Made by a program: the position numbers and the translations under genes | NCBI RefSeq assembly: GCF_009914755.1 | Contig: NC_060930.1 | Strand: one strand, 5' to 3' | Origin: the human T2T-CHM13v2.0 reference genome, Homo sapiens | DNA: 64,000 bases | In this document: positions 11,714-25,161 of the stretch, in pieces | Layout: each line of letters begins with the position of its first letter | Numbering within the stretch: position 1 is the first letter of the stretch | The notes under the pieces: generated by a model | The model's database searches: none | What the model saw: only the letters and a program-made list of their open reading frames with translations | What the model was told of the DNA's origin: nothing

Positions 11714-12610
11714 TTTTTTTATTGTGGTAAAATATTTATAACATAAAATTTACTATATACCATTTTTGAGTGCACGATTGAGTGACATTGAGTACATTCA
11801 CATTGTTGTGCAACCATGGCTACTCCCCAGCATCTCCAGAACTTTTTAATCATCCCAAATTGAAAGTCTGTACCATTAAACAATTACTCCCCGTTTTCCC
11901 CTCCCCCAAACCCTGGTGGCTACCATTCTATTTCATTTCTCTATAAATTTTACTGTTCTAGGTACCTCATGTAAGTGGAACCATATAATATTTATCCTTT
12001 TGTTTCTAGCATATTTCACTTATCACAATATTCTCAAGGTTTCTCATATCCCATGTTATAGCATGTGATAGGAATTCCATTCCTCTTAAAGGCTAAATAA
12101 CATTCCATTATATGTATAGGCCACTTTTTGTTTATCTGTACATCTGTTGATGAACTTTTGGGTTGTTTCTACTTTTTGGCTATTGTGCATAATGCTTCTA
12201 TGACTGTTGGTATACAAATATCTGTTCAAGCCCCTGCATTCGATTCTTTTGTATACATATGCAGAAGTGGAATTCTGGGTCATATAGTATTTCTATGTTT
12301 AAATTTTTTGAAGAACAGCCATTGTATCTTCACAGTGCCCGCATCATTTAACATTCCCACCAGCAATATACAGAGGTTCCCATTTCTCCATGTCATTGCC
12401 AGTAGTTGTTATTTTCTGCTTTTTGGACAATAGCCATCTTAATGGGTGTGAAGTGGTATCTCATTGCGGTTTCAATTTGCATTTCCTAATGATAGTGATG
12501 TCAAACACCTTTTAAAATGCTTCTTGGCCACTTTTATACCTTCTTTGGAAAAATGTCTATTCAAGTCCCTTGTCAATTTTTTAATTGAGTTGTTTGGTTT
12601 TTTGTTTTTT
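11714..12610 (-). mobile_element. L1MB 3' end
   Basis: T-run, then ATTGTGGTAAAATAT..GTACATTCACATTGTTGTGCAACC; ORF2 C-terminus in ORF 12472-12654. Confidence 0.9.
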
Positions 12611-12833
12611 AAACACACACAGTTTAACAGGTGTTTGAAGACATAAGTCATCACAAGGAATGTGAGTTAATGCACTGTGTGTATAATGCAATGGGAATCA
12701 TTGAGGAGGATAGGGCTTTTCAGTGGTCTCAGATGCATTGCTTCTTGAGTTATTGAGTATTGAGTATTGAGTTATTGGGTATTCTCTTTTTAGGTTTTCT
12801 GCCATTTTTTTTGGTTTGTTTATAGCAGCTCTT

Positions 12834-12862
12834 TTGTTGTTGTTGTTGTTGTTGTTGTTGTT
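12834..12862. repeat. (TTG)n microsatellite
   Basis: About 9 TTG units seen directly. Confidence 0.95.
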
Positions 12863-13364
12863 TTTGGTATGGTGTGCCTGTCTCTAAACTATTTTCTTTC
12901 TCACTTGATGCCTTAATCTAATTTTTTTCTTGAAAACCACATGATCTAATTTGTTAAAGTTACATATAAAGTTAGACTAAATAAGCACTTTTCATGGCCT
13001 TAGAGATTCACCTATGGTAAAAAGTAGAAGCTTTATTGTATGAAGCTCATGATGTCACACATATTGCTTACTTTTGTTTCTCACTGATAGAGCTAAGTGA
13101 GATTTCTTGATGGTCTTGTTCTGGAGAAGTGAGGTTTTGCATTCATTCAAATTCATTCATTAAGGGTAGTAGCCATATTTGGTTGCTTACCTACCTTCTA
13201 TATCTTACTATACTTATCATATTAATATTTAGTGGGTATCTAATGAATATATTAAGCTGCTTCGTGGTAGGTTCATTCAAGTTATATCACAGGGCAGTTT
13301 CTACATCCTCCCATGCCTATTTTAATCATATTTTTTCATTGATAAAATGATTCTAAAATCATAG

Positions 13365-13784
13365 TGATATGGTTTGGATGTTTATCACCTCTAAATCTCA
13401 TGTTGAAATGTGATTTCCAGTTTTGGATATGGGGCTTGGTGGACAGTGATTGGATCAAGAGGGCGGATCCCTTATGAATGGTTTAGCACCATCCTCTTGG
13501 TGATAAGTGAGCTCAGTTAGCTCATGTGAGATCTGATAGTTTAAAAGTCTGGGACTTACTCCCCATCTCTGTCTTGCTCCCTCTCTTACCATGTGAGATG
13601 CCAGCTCCCCATTTGCCTTCTGCTATATTTTTAAGCTCCCTGAGGCCCTTACCAGAAGTGGAGCAGTCGCAGGTTCCATGCTTCCTGTACAGCCTTCAGA
13701 ATCACAAGCTAAGTAAACCTGTTTTCTTTGTAAATTACCCAGTCTCAGGTATTCCTCTATAGCAGTGCAAAACTGACTGACACA
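13365..13784 (+). mobile_element. MSTA/MSTB MaLR solo LTR
   Basis: TGATATGGTTTGG...AATTACCCAGTCTCAGGTATTCC...GACACA; TSD CATAG/GATAG. Confidence 0.9.
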
Positions 13785-13885
13785 GATAGGCATTATATTT
13801 TGCTGGAAGCTCCGTGTAAAACAAAATCATGGTCATTGTAAAGAAGAGGCCTTTAGATTTGTTTTGATTCTTTAAAAATATTGAC

Positions 13886-14343
13886 TGTATTATTAATCTT
13901 TGCTTTGTTACAAATCCCAAAACTTAGTGTTTAAAACAAAGATCATGAGCTCATTTGCATACAACTCTGTGGGTCAGTATTTTTAGGTTAGGCTCATCTG
14001 GGGTATTCTGATAATCTCACTTGTGGCTACAGTCAGCTGGAGGGTGGCTAGGATCTCTGGTTGGTTCCATATGTCCCTTTTTGCAAGTGTGACAGTTGAC
14101 TTGGATGGCCAGGGTGAGTGGGTCACATATCCACCCTCTAGCAGGCTTCTTCACACGGTTCTAAAAGCAACAGGTAAAAGCACACTCCAGTGTGCCAGCT
14201 TTCTTCTTGTCTCTGCTAGGGTCCTTTGGCCAAAGAAGTCACGTGGCTAAGCCCAGATTCAGGAGAAAGTGAAATAGATTTTATCTCTACATGGAAGGAG
14301 CTGCAACCTACTGTGATTAGTTTTTTGTCTTTGATCTACCACA
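13886..14343 (-). mobile_element. Old MLT1 (H/G-like) MaLR LTR
   Basis: CCCAAAACTTAGTG.TTAAAACAA, TTGGCCAAAG.AAGTCAC.TGGC.AAGCCCAGA, ends CTACCACA. Confidence 0.75.
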
Positions 14344-15306
14344 AACATCAATATCAATTCATGGTCTTGATTTTTATTGATGTATTAACATTACCATATG
14401 AAAACAATATTTCAAAAATGTAACACTAACATTCTATATAGATTGAAGCAATAAATACACAATACTGAAATTGCATGAGGCTTGAAAATCTTCTGTTTGA
14501 ATTTATAGTTTAAAATATTTTCCAACAAGTGAAAAAACATCAATTATTTGTCTTTTTATCAGAATTTGCAAGGTGAGAGAATTACTAAAATGCCAAAATC
14601 TCTGTTCATTAATCATACAAGACAACTGAAAGCCATAATTTTTAACATCAAATCGCTCCCCAAAGTAGCTTTGTCCTTTTAAAGGTTAACTTCTGTAAAA
14701 TATCAGAAAAGGGGGAAAAAAAAGGAGTAAAAAAGCAAATGTAGAGTAAAATTGTAGTCATAAATCTATTGAAGTTACCCAAGTTATTTGGAAACTAATT
14801 ACAACTATGTGCAAAGCAAATGAAGTGAGAATTGAATTAATGAATATCAGCTACCTCCCACAAGCTAATGAGGCATGCTTTATACCAATAGTGCCTCAAA
14901 TTGAAAAATTAAACCACTTGATGGGGAGAAAAGGGAGCATCTCATGTACAGAATAGCACACAAAGCCAAAGGACTTACCAAATGAGTTCTCTGGGATTAA
15001 CAGTATTTGCTTATTAGTCTATGATATGGTCTATAGACTGTAGAATCCTTGTGATTCCCCCAACTTTGCTTTTTTTTCTCCGACCCCCTCCAAAACAATT
15101 CATGCACAGTGGTTTGCTTTAGCCCCACAGAGTCAATGTAGGTAAAAGTGCTAGTGTTCAAATTCATTTATATTTCTCAGGTGTTATGCTTAACTTCTGT
15201 GCAATGGTAGCCTTTCTTTTTGCTTTTCTTGGCATGACCATATAAGTGATTTACAGCCAGGTTCTTTTTATATGTTTTCCCCCACTAAACTCATATATAA
15301 TGATAT

Positions 15307-15692
15307 GAGAAATATATATATGAGAAAATATGGAAACAAATATATATATATTTTCTTTTGAAATTTTTTGCTTCCATGTTTTCTCTTATGTTTACCCTTT
15401 TACATTCATAAATCAACATGCCCATCTTACAGTTACTGCACTTAGTATATCTCCCTTTCACTCAAGTTATATTTTTGACTTTTTTAGGAGAAATGTATGT
15501 GAGAAAAATATATACAAAAAAAGAAGCAAAAATTTCTAAAAGTAGTATATATTTTCTTTTGGAATTTTTGCTCCCATGTTTTTTCTCTTGTTCACCTTTT
15601 ACATTCATAAATCAAGATCCTGATGTTATAGTTACTGTACTTAGTATATCTTCTTTTTGCTGTACATCTCAAATTATATATTTTTTTTAGGA
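15307..15692. repeat. Diverged tandem duplication, ~180-200 bp x2
   Basis: Shared blocks TATATTTTCTTTTG.AA, CCTTTTACATTCATAAATCAA and AGTTACTG.ACTTAGTATATCT occur in both halves. Confidence 0.9.
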
Positions 15693-16097
15693 AGCCACTA
15701 TGTTACACAAAATATATTTCTTAATGTTAAAAATACTTTTGTTAAGAATGTGTAAAGACAGACACAATTTTTGAAACTAATTTTAAACTTTTAAAAAATA
15801 TTTAATTAATAAAGGTAACACAAATAGTAACACACACACTCACACGACATGTCTTAAATGTTGATAATTTTGAATTTAGAGACATAAAATAAAGACATTT
15901 GATCAAGTCCTGGAAAATTTTGGAAACTTCAGAAAAAATGTTGTGGCCGAAATGTAAATGTTTTTGTTTGCCTAGGTTTTGCCCTCTGGGTAGCAAGTAA
16001 GATCATCTTATTAAAGACGTAAAACAAAAAGTTATTGTATAGAGTTAATAAGAATAACTTATGTGAAAGGTTAGTTGTTAAACATTTAAAATATTTA

Positions 16098-16392
16098 ATT
16101 TAATTTTATTTTATTTTAAGTTCCAGGATACATGTGCAGGGCATGCAGGTAAACGTGTGCGATGGTGGTTTGCTGAACCTATCAACCCATTACCTAGGTT
16201 TTAAGCTTTGCATGCATTAGCTATTTATCCTGATACTATCCCTCCCCCAACCCCACCCCTGACAGGCCCAAGTACGTGTTGTTCCCCTCCCTATGTCCAT
16301 GTGTTCTCATTGTTCAGCTCCCACTTATAAGTGAGAACATGCAGTGTTTGGTTTTCTGTTCCTGTGTTAGTTTGCTGAGGATAATGGCTTCC
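16098..16392 (-). mobile_element. L1PA7/8-like 3' end (non-inverted part)
   Basis: T-rich tail, GATACATGTGCAG, GGTGGTTTGCTG..CCTATCAACCC. Confidence 0.92.
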
Positions 16393-16407
16393 TTGAAATA
16401 GTAAGAC

Positions 16408-17080
16408 AGAAACTATCATCAGAGTGAACAGACAACCTACACAATGGGAGAAAATTTTTTCAATCTATTCACCTGATAAAGGTCTAATATGCAGAATTTA
16501 CAAGGAACTTAAATAAATTTACAAGAAAAAAAACAACCCCATCAAAAAGTGGGCAAAGGACATGAACAGACACTTCTCAAAAGAAGACATCTATGTGGCC
16601 AAAACACATGAAAAAAAGCTGAACATCACTGATCATTAGAGAAATGCAAACCAAAACCACAATGAGATACTATCTCATGCCAGTCAGAATGGCAATTATT
16701 AAAAAGTCAAGAAAAAACAGATGCTGGCGAGGCTGTGGAGAAATAAGAATGCTTTTACACTGTTGGTGGGAATGTAAATTAGTTCAGTCATTGTGGAAGA
16801 CAGTGTGGCAATTTCTCAAAGATCTAGAACCAGAAATACCATTTGACCCAGCAATCCCATTACTGGGTATATACTCAAAGGAATAGAAATCATCCTATTA
16901 TAAAGATACATGCATGTGTATGTTCACTGCAACACTATTCACAATAGCAAAGGCACAGAATCAACCCAAATGCCCACCAATGATAGAAAGGATAAAGAAA
17001 ATGTGGTACATATACACCATGGAATACCATGCAGCCATAAAAAGGAATGAAATTATGTCCTTTGAAGGGACATGGATGGG
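16408..17080 (+). mobile_element. Inverted segment of the same L1 (ORF2 C-terminal region)
   Basis: ORF 16644-16886 (CWRGCGEI..HCWWEC). Element flanked by TSD CATTTAAAATATTTA (16083) / CATTTAAAAATTTTA (17081). Confidence 0.92.
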
Positions 17081-17681
17081 CATTTAAAAATTTTATCCTT
17101 TTTTTTTAAGGACAAAATTTAAAATTTTGGACATAAATTTTTTAAGGACAGAATTAAAAAATAATGTTTTCTTAACCTTTGGAGGAAAATGTAATCATAT
17201 AGATGTGTTAGTTTTTTTCCATGCATTAAAAATACTAATAATTAAAAAACTTTCTGGTTATAAAGACATTTTAGAAAATTATAAGTAACAAATACACATC
17301 ATTTATAATATTATCACCTAGGATTTATTAATGTTTTGGCATATTTCTTTCTCACCTTTCTTATATGTATGTATACTATTTAAATAAAACTTTATACTCT
17401 ATATAATTTATATTCTTTATATTCTCTGTATATGTAGTTTATATATTCTGACTTTACATTTAATGTTATCATGAGCATTTTTCTATGATATAAAATATAC
17501 ATCAGAGTATGCATTAAATATACCCCCAAACCATCATATTATTGCTTCCTAATATTCCATCCTATGGGTTTACTATTATTTTTTAAAATAATTGTTCTAT
17601 TATCTATATTTCAAATGAGATAATGAAAAGCTACCTATTAAATATACCAGTATTAGAAAATTTTAAGGGCTCTAATATATT

Positions 17682-17770
17682 CTCCTTCTTTCCTTGCCTT
17701 CCTCTCTTCCTCCCTCCTCTTTATCTCTCTCTCACTCTCCCCCCACCCTCTCTTTCTCTGTCTCTCTCCT
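17682..17770. repeat. CT-rich low-complexity tract
   Basis: Polypyrimidine run seen directly. Confidence 0.9.
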
Positions 17771-18929
17771 GTAATAAAAAATTTTAATAGGAATAATCTA
17801 GCCATTTTGTCCACTGATTTTTTTAAGGCTTCTAAGTACCTGCCATCTCTTTTTAATCATTTAAGCCTTTATAGGCTATTCTGTTATTACTCAATAACTA
17901 TGTTTTTATGAGAACTTATGAAATAAAAAATGACATAATTAAAATAAAGGGGCAAGTATAGTGGGTTACAGTTATGAACTAGTTTCAGATTTGCAACAAT
18001 ATATTTCATTAACAAAGGTATAGCTATAATCGTGCAAATACACAACCTAAACGTCACTCAATCAGTATTTATTACGTCCATCCCTTGCTATCATTAACAC
18101 AGGACTTCTTAAACATTCTTACTTTCTCTATCTTGTGTGGTTACGATAAAGCTCGAAGCCACTCAAACAGAGGCTTAAGCTTTCAGTGTTTGGTGCCAGT
18201 TTTGAATCTTGATTACTCATAACAACTGGCAGAATACAAATTGTTTACCCTAAATAATGGATCACCAATGTCTCCATAGGGAGTTATGAAACCTTCTGCT
18301 GGGACTCAGCAGAAATGTGGATGCAGTATTCTTCTCAATTGTTTACATTCTGCTAGTTACTATGGATATAGTTTATCTTCAGGGAATATTGAGACCCTCC
18401 TCTAAAGGCTGAGCTATTCATAATTTTATTAAATATAAATATAGGAAGATGTGAACTGCTTCTGAGGGTAATCTATAGCTATTTCACATATACCACAGTA
18501 CCAGACATGGATAAGTGTGCAATGAGCAATGGATGTATGTAGCATACATAGTTATTGCTTTTTCTTGCTTACCTATAGACAATTGAAGTGGTATTATGAA
18601 TTTATCAAGAACTTTGTATGTACAGAAATGATTCTAAGCAATTTATTTACTATGAGATACATATTCAAATTATCTGTACTTATAGATGAGAAAACTAATG
18701 TACAAATAAGCTAAATTATTAGACCAAGGATGAAGCCATCTCATTTCAGAGCCACATTTTTAACTGCTATGCCATGCTCCACCTCTATATGTAAAATAGT
18801 CTGACTCATTTGGGAGAGATGGATTTAATAATTACATAAGAGAAACATTAATATATTGGACCTAATTCAATCATCGAGATAAAATATTTTCGGGAATAAT
18901 TGAACACTAGTCTTTAAATGAAACAAATA

Positions 18930-19270
18930 CAAGCTTAGATCTTATATCATCCACTTAACAGTTGTGTGAACTTGTTCAAGACACTTCAAATAAACATTTC
19001 AACTAATGCTATGAGAATTGTGTATAGTTAATTGCATGATAATCCATCGAGAAATATTAAGATTTTATTACCATCTGTAAAATAGAGTACTGAACTATAA
19101 ACTTGGAGGCCAAGTCTAATTCTTATTTTGCACTAGTTGGTTGTTTAGATAAATTACATAAAATTCTTTTATTTCCCCACTTATTAGAACAATTTTTAAC
19201 CATATCCTCTACAATTATCACAGGAATGTTAGAAAAATGGGAAAGTAAATGAAAATGCTTTGAAAAAGTA
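18930..19270 (+). mobile_element. MIR fragments
   Basis: CCACTTAACAGTTGTGTGAACTTG and AAAATGCTTTGAAAA motifs. Confidence 0.45.
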
Positions 19271-20675
19271 TTTTATAAATTCAGACTGGTGTCATTGCTA
19301 TAAACAGAACTCAAAAATATTAAGTTCTATGTGATATTTAGGTCCTTTTTAAGGTCTCTCTTATGTCCAAATGGCTGCTTGTGTTGAGAACAGTTGGTGG
19401 TTACTGAAATCAAACAATATCTGTTTGTGGTGGGAAGGTATATGTCCTATAAGTTTCCTTCTGCTATGATTTTATATTAACTTTTCTGAGGCTTCCATAT
19501 ATAAGAAAACTAACCATAATAATGTTTTAAAATATGTCTTATATATAACATATATGTATATATACAAATGTCTATATGACTATATACATACACACCCACA
19601 TAGATATATTTCTCAGCTTTAGAATCACAGTGCTTATTCAAGTTAGAGGCATTTTTGGAAGTTGATCTCATTCAAACCCCACATTTTGTGATCAATAATA
19701 ATGCATCATTGTTGCCACTAACACTATTTCCAAATTAAGAGTAAAATCAGGTTGCCTGCAACAGAATACAGGGCATTTTCCATTTTCTGTGGAAGTGGTT
19801 ACCTCTACCAGTATTCTGACGTGCTATTTTCTTTATTTGATCTTATCCTTTATTTTTCTTTCTTTCCATTTTGTTAATTTCTTTTTCATTTTCAAAATGT
19901 CCTTCTCTTCCACTCTCTTGTAATAAATTCACATCAGAGATTTTTAAAATAGGACCAAAATTGGTTAAGAAAAATGAAATATCTTCCATCTATTCACATT
20001 TTTGGAAAAAAAGATACTTTTAATTTTACCATATTTGGTTAAATATATAGCTGCCACGAAAAGGCCAGTTTAGGCTTTTTTTTATATACAATTTTTATTT
20101 TTAAGTTTTGTGGGTACATAATAGGTGTATATATTATGGGATACTTGAGATATTTTGATACAGGCATACAATGCATAGTAATCACATCAGGGTAAATGGG
20201 GTATTAATCACCACAGCATTTATCCTTTTTATTTGTTAAAAACAATCCAATTCTATTGTTTTAGTTATTTTTAAATGTGCAATAAATTATTGTTGACCGT
20301 CGTCACCCCATTACACTATCAAATACTAGCTCTTGTAGATACTATCTTATTATTTTTCCATACCCATTAACCATCCCCACTTTTCCTCCCACCCAGGAAT
20401 TCCCTTCCCAGTCTCTAGTAACCATCATTTTATTCTCTATCTCCATAAGTACAATTGTTTTAATTTTGTGAGAATGTATGAAGTTTGTCTTTCTGTGCCT
20501 AGCCTATTTAACTTAACTTCCAATTCCATCCATGTTCTTGCCAATGACAGGACCTCATTCTTTTTAAAGTATATGTGTGTCACATTTTGTGTGTATGCGC
20601 CCATTATCCATTTGTCTGCTGATGGATACTTGGGTTGCTTCTTAATCTTGGCTGTTGTGAATAGTGTCACAATAA

Positions 20676-21020
<345 letters not shown>

Positions 21021-23295
21021 CTGTTCTTCGTTGTGCTTGTACCAATTTACATTCCTTCCAACAGTGTACAAGAGATCCCTTTTCTCCACATCTTCACCAG
21101 CATTTCTTATTGTCTGTCTTTTGGATAAAAGCCATTTTAACTAGAGTGAGATGAGATCTCATTGTAATTTTGATTTGCATTTCTCTATTAATCTTTTGTC
21201 AGATGGATAGGTTTGTAAATATTTTTCTCCCATTCTGTGGGTTATTTCTTCACGTTGCTGATTGTTTCCTTTGCTGTGCAGAAAGCTTAAAACTTGATGT
21301 AATTCCATTTGTCCATTTTTGCTTTAATTGCCTGTTCTTGTGGGGGTATTACTCAATAAATCTTTGCCCAGTCCTATGTCCTGGGGAGTTTTCCCAATGT
21401 TTTCTTCTAGTAAACAAGACCTCATAGTTTAAGGTCTTAGATTTAAGTCTTTAATCCATTTTGATTTGATTTTTGTATATGGCAAGAGATAGGGGTCTAG
21501 TTTCATTCTTCTGCATAAGAATATCCAGTCTTCCTGGAACTATTTATTGAAGAAACTGTCCTTTTTCCAGTGTATGTTCTTGGTATCTTTGTCAAAATGG
21601 GATAACTGTACATGTATGAATTTGTTTCTGAGTTCTTTATTCTGTTCCATTGGTCTATGTGTCTGTTTTTATGCCAGTACCATGCTGTTTTTGGTTATTA
21701 TAACTTTGTAGTATAATTTGAAGTCAGGCAATGTGATTGCTCTAATTTTATTGTTTTTGCTCAGGATAACTTTGACTATTCTGGGTGTTTTGTGGTTCCA
21801 TATACATTTTAGGATTGCTTTTTCTATTTATGTGAAGAATGTCATTGGTATTTTGATAGGGATGACATTGAATTATGTAGATTGCTTTGGGTAATATGGA
21901 CATTTTCACAATATTGATTCTTTCAATCCATGAATATGAAATATCTTCTGATTTTATGGTATTATTTTCAATTTCTTTCATCAATGTTTTATTGTTTTCA
22001 CTATAGAGATCTTTCACTTCTTTGGTTAATTCCTAGGTATTTAATTTTATTTGTAGTTATTGTAAATTGGATTACTTGTTAAATTTCTTTTTCAGATTGT
22101 TTGCTATTGGCATATAGAAATGTTACCGCTTTTTGTGTGTTGATTTAGTATCCTGCAACTCTACTGAATTCGTGTATCAGCTGTAATTATTTTTTGGTGG
22201 CATCTTGAGGATTTTCCAAGTATAAGATCATACCATTTGCAAACAAGGATAATTTGACTTCTTTTCCAATTTGTATGCCCTTTATTTCTTTCTCTTGTCT
22301 GATTGCTCTAGCAGGACTTCTAATACTATGTTAAATAACAGTGGTGATAGTGGGCATTTTTGTTGTGTTCTAGATTTTCAAATAAAGTCTTTTCAGTTTT
22401 TCTCCATTAGATATTATACTAGCTGTGGTTCTGTCATATATGGCTCCAATTATGTTCCTTCTTTACCTAGGTTTTTTGGCAGTTTTAATTATGAAGGCAT
22501 GTTGAATTTTATTAAATGCTTTTTTAACATCAATTAAAATGATATTAAAATGATCGTATGGTTTTTGCCCTACATTCTGTTGGTAGGATGTATCACATTG
22601 ATTGATTTGCATATGTTGAACCACCCTTACATCCTTGGGATAAGTTGTACTTGGTCATGATGAATATCTTTTTAATGTGTTGTTGAATTTGCTTTGCTAG
22701 TATTTTATTGAGGATTTTTGCATCAATGTTCATCAGGGATAGTGGCCTGTAGTATTCTCTTTTTGAGGTGTCTTTATCTGGTTTTGGAATCAAGGTAATA
22801 CCGGCCTTGTAGAATAAGTTGGAGGTATTGCCTCCTTCTCTATTTTTCAGAACAGTTTGAGCAGGATTGGTATTTTAATGTTTGATAAAATTCAGCAGTG
22901 AAACCATCGGGTACCAGGCTTTTCTTTGTTGTGAGATTTTTTATTACTGCTTCAATCTTGTTATTTATTATTGGTCTGTTTAGGCTTTGAATTTCTTCAT
23001 GACTCAATATTGATAGTATGTATGTGTCTAGGAATTTATCCATTTTTTTCTGGGTTTTCCAATTGATTGGCATATAGTTGCTCACAGTAGCCACTAATGA
23101 TCCTTTGAATTTCTGCAGTATCAGTTGTAATGTTCCCTTTTACATCTCTGATTTTATTTGCATCTTCTTGCTTTTTTTCTTGATCTGGCTAAATGTTTGT
23201 CAATTTTGTTTATCTTTAAAAAAACAACTTTTTATTTCATTGATCTTTTGTATTATTTTCTTTATTTTAATTTCATTTATTTCTGCTCTGATCTT

Positions 23296-23581
23296 GTGTG
23301 TGTGTGTGAGACAGGGTCTTGCTCTGTCACGCAGGCTGATGTGCAGTGGCACAATCATGGCTCACTGAAGCCTTGAACTCTGGGGCACAAGTGATCCTCT
23401 CACCCCTGCCTTCTCAGTAGCTGATACTACAGATGTGTGCTACCCCACCCAGCTCAATTTTTTTTTCTTTTTTTTTTTTTTAGAGACAGAGTCTCATGTT
23501 GTCCAGGCTGGTCTTGAACTCCTGGCCTCAAGCAGTCCTCCTGCCTTGGCCTCCTAAAGGCTAGGATTACAGATACTTGGT
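23296..23581 (-). mobile_element. AluJ inside L1MA; tail decayed to (TG)n
   Basis: GAGACAGGGTCTTGCTCTG, ATCATGGCTCACTG; TSD CTGCTCTGATCTT / CTGCCCTCATCTT. Confidence 0.9.
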
Positions 23582-24128
23582 CTGCCCTCATCTTTTTTAT
23601 TTCTTTTCTTCTGCTAATTTTGGATTTAATTTTCTCTTGCTTATCTAGTTCTTTAAGATGCATCATTAGGTTGTTTACTTGCAGTTTTTCTACTTTTTAA
23701 CATAGTTGTTTATAGCTATAAACTTCTCTCTTAGTACTGTTTTTACTGTATCCCATAGGTTTTAGTATGTTGTATTTTCCCTATCATTTGTTTTAAAATT
23801 TTTTCAATTTTCTTCTTAATTTCTTCATGGAACCACTGACCATTCAGGAGCATATTCTTTAAATTTCACGTGTGTGTATAGTCTCCAAAATTCCTCTTGT
23901 TATTGATTGCTAGTTTTATTCCATTGGGGTCAGAGAAAATACTTAATATTATTTTTATTTTTTTGAAATTTTAAAGACTTTTTTGGTGGCCTAACATATG
24001 GTCTATCCTTGAGAATGATTCATGTGCTGAGGAGAAGAATGTGTGTTCTGCAGCTGATGGATGAAATGTTCTGTAAATATCAATTAGGTTTGTTTGGTCT
24101 ATAGTACACATTAAGTCTGATGTTTCTT

Positions 24129-25161
24129 TGTTGCAGGAAGTCAGGGGCCCTGAACGGAGGGACCTGCTGAAGCCGTGATAGAAGAACATAAATTGTGAAG
24201 ATTTCATGGACATTTGTTAGTTCTCCAAATTAATACTTTTATAATTTCTTACGCCTGTCTTTACTGCAATCTCTGAATATAAATTGTGAAGATTTCATGG
24301 ACGTTTATCACTTCCCCAATCAATACTCTTATAATTTCCTATGCCTGTCTTTACTTTAATCTCTTAATCCCGTCATCTTTGTAAGCAGAGGATGTATGTC
24401 GCCTCTGGACCCTGATGATTGTGTTAACTGCACAAATTGTTCATAAAGCGTGTGTGTTTGAACAGTATGAAATCTGGGCACCTTAAGAACAGGATCACAG
24501 CGATTTTCAGGGAACAAGGGAGATAATCTTAAAGTCTGGCTGCCTGGGAGCCGGGCGGAACAGAGCCATATTTCTCTTCTTACCAAAAACGGGTAAGAGA
24601 AATATAGCTGAATTCTTTCCCCAGTAAGGAATATGGGGGCCTCTAAAATGGCCGCTCTGGGAGTGTCTGCCTTATGCAGTTGTAGATAAGGGATGAAACA
24701 CGCCCTGGCCTCCTGCAGTGCTCCCAGGCTTGCTAGGATTAGGAAATTCCAGCCTGGCGAATTCTAATCAGACTGGTTCTCTGCTCTTGAACACTGTTAA
24801 GATGTTTATCCATGACATTGCGTGCACAGTGGGACATGGAAGTTCATTAGTGATTCTAGTTTCGCCCTGACCTTGTGATCTTGCCCTGACCTTCTGCCTT
24901 GTGATCCCTTGAAGCATGTGATCTGTGTGACCCACACCCTATTCGTACACTCCCTTCCCTTTGAAAATTGCTAATAAAGACTTGCTGGTTTTATGGATCA
25001 CGGGCATCACGGAACCTGCTGACGTGTGATGTCTCCCCTGGACACCCAGCTTTAAAATTTCTCTCTTTTGTATTCTTTCCCTTTATTTCTTAGACCGGCT
25101 GACACTTAGGGAAAATAGAAAAGAACCTACGTTGAATTATCGGGGGTGGGTTCCACCAATA
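24129..25161 (+). mobile_element. MER11 (HERV-K11/HML-8) solo LTR
   Basis: TGTTGCAGGAAGTCAGGG..GAACGGAGGGACC start, internal ~88-bp tandem unit, AATAAA ~24973, exact 6-bp TSD TTTCTT (24123-24128 / 25162-25167); L1 resumes seamlessly. Confidence 0.93.

Noticed and set aside
7726-13784. Two same-strand MST LTRs as the ends of one provirus
   Set aside because: Each has its own TSD, they differ in sequence, and no MST internal region lies between them.
24185-24355. ~88-bp tandem repeat within the LTR as a novel feature
   Set aside because: As I recall, this is part of the normal MER11 consensus.
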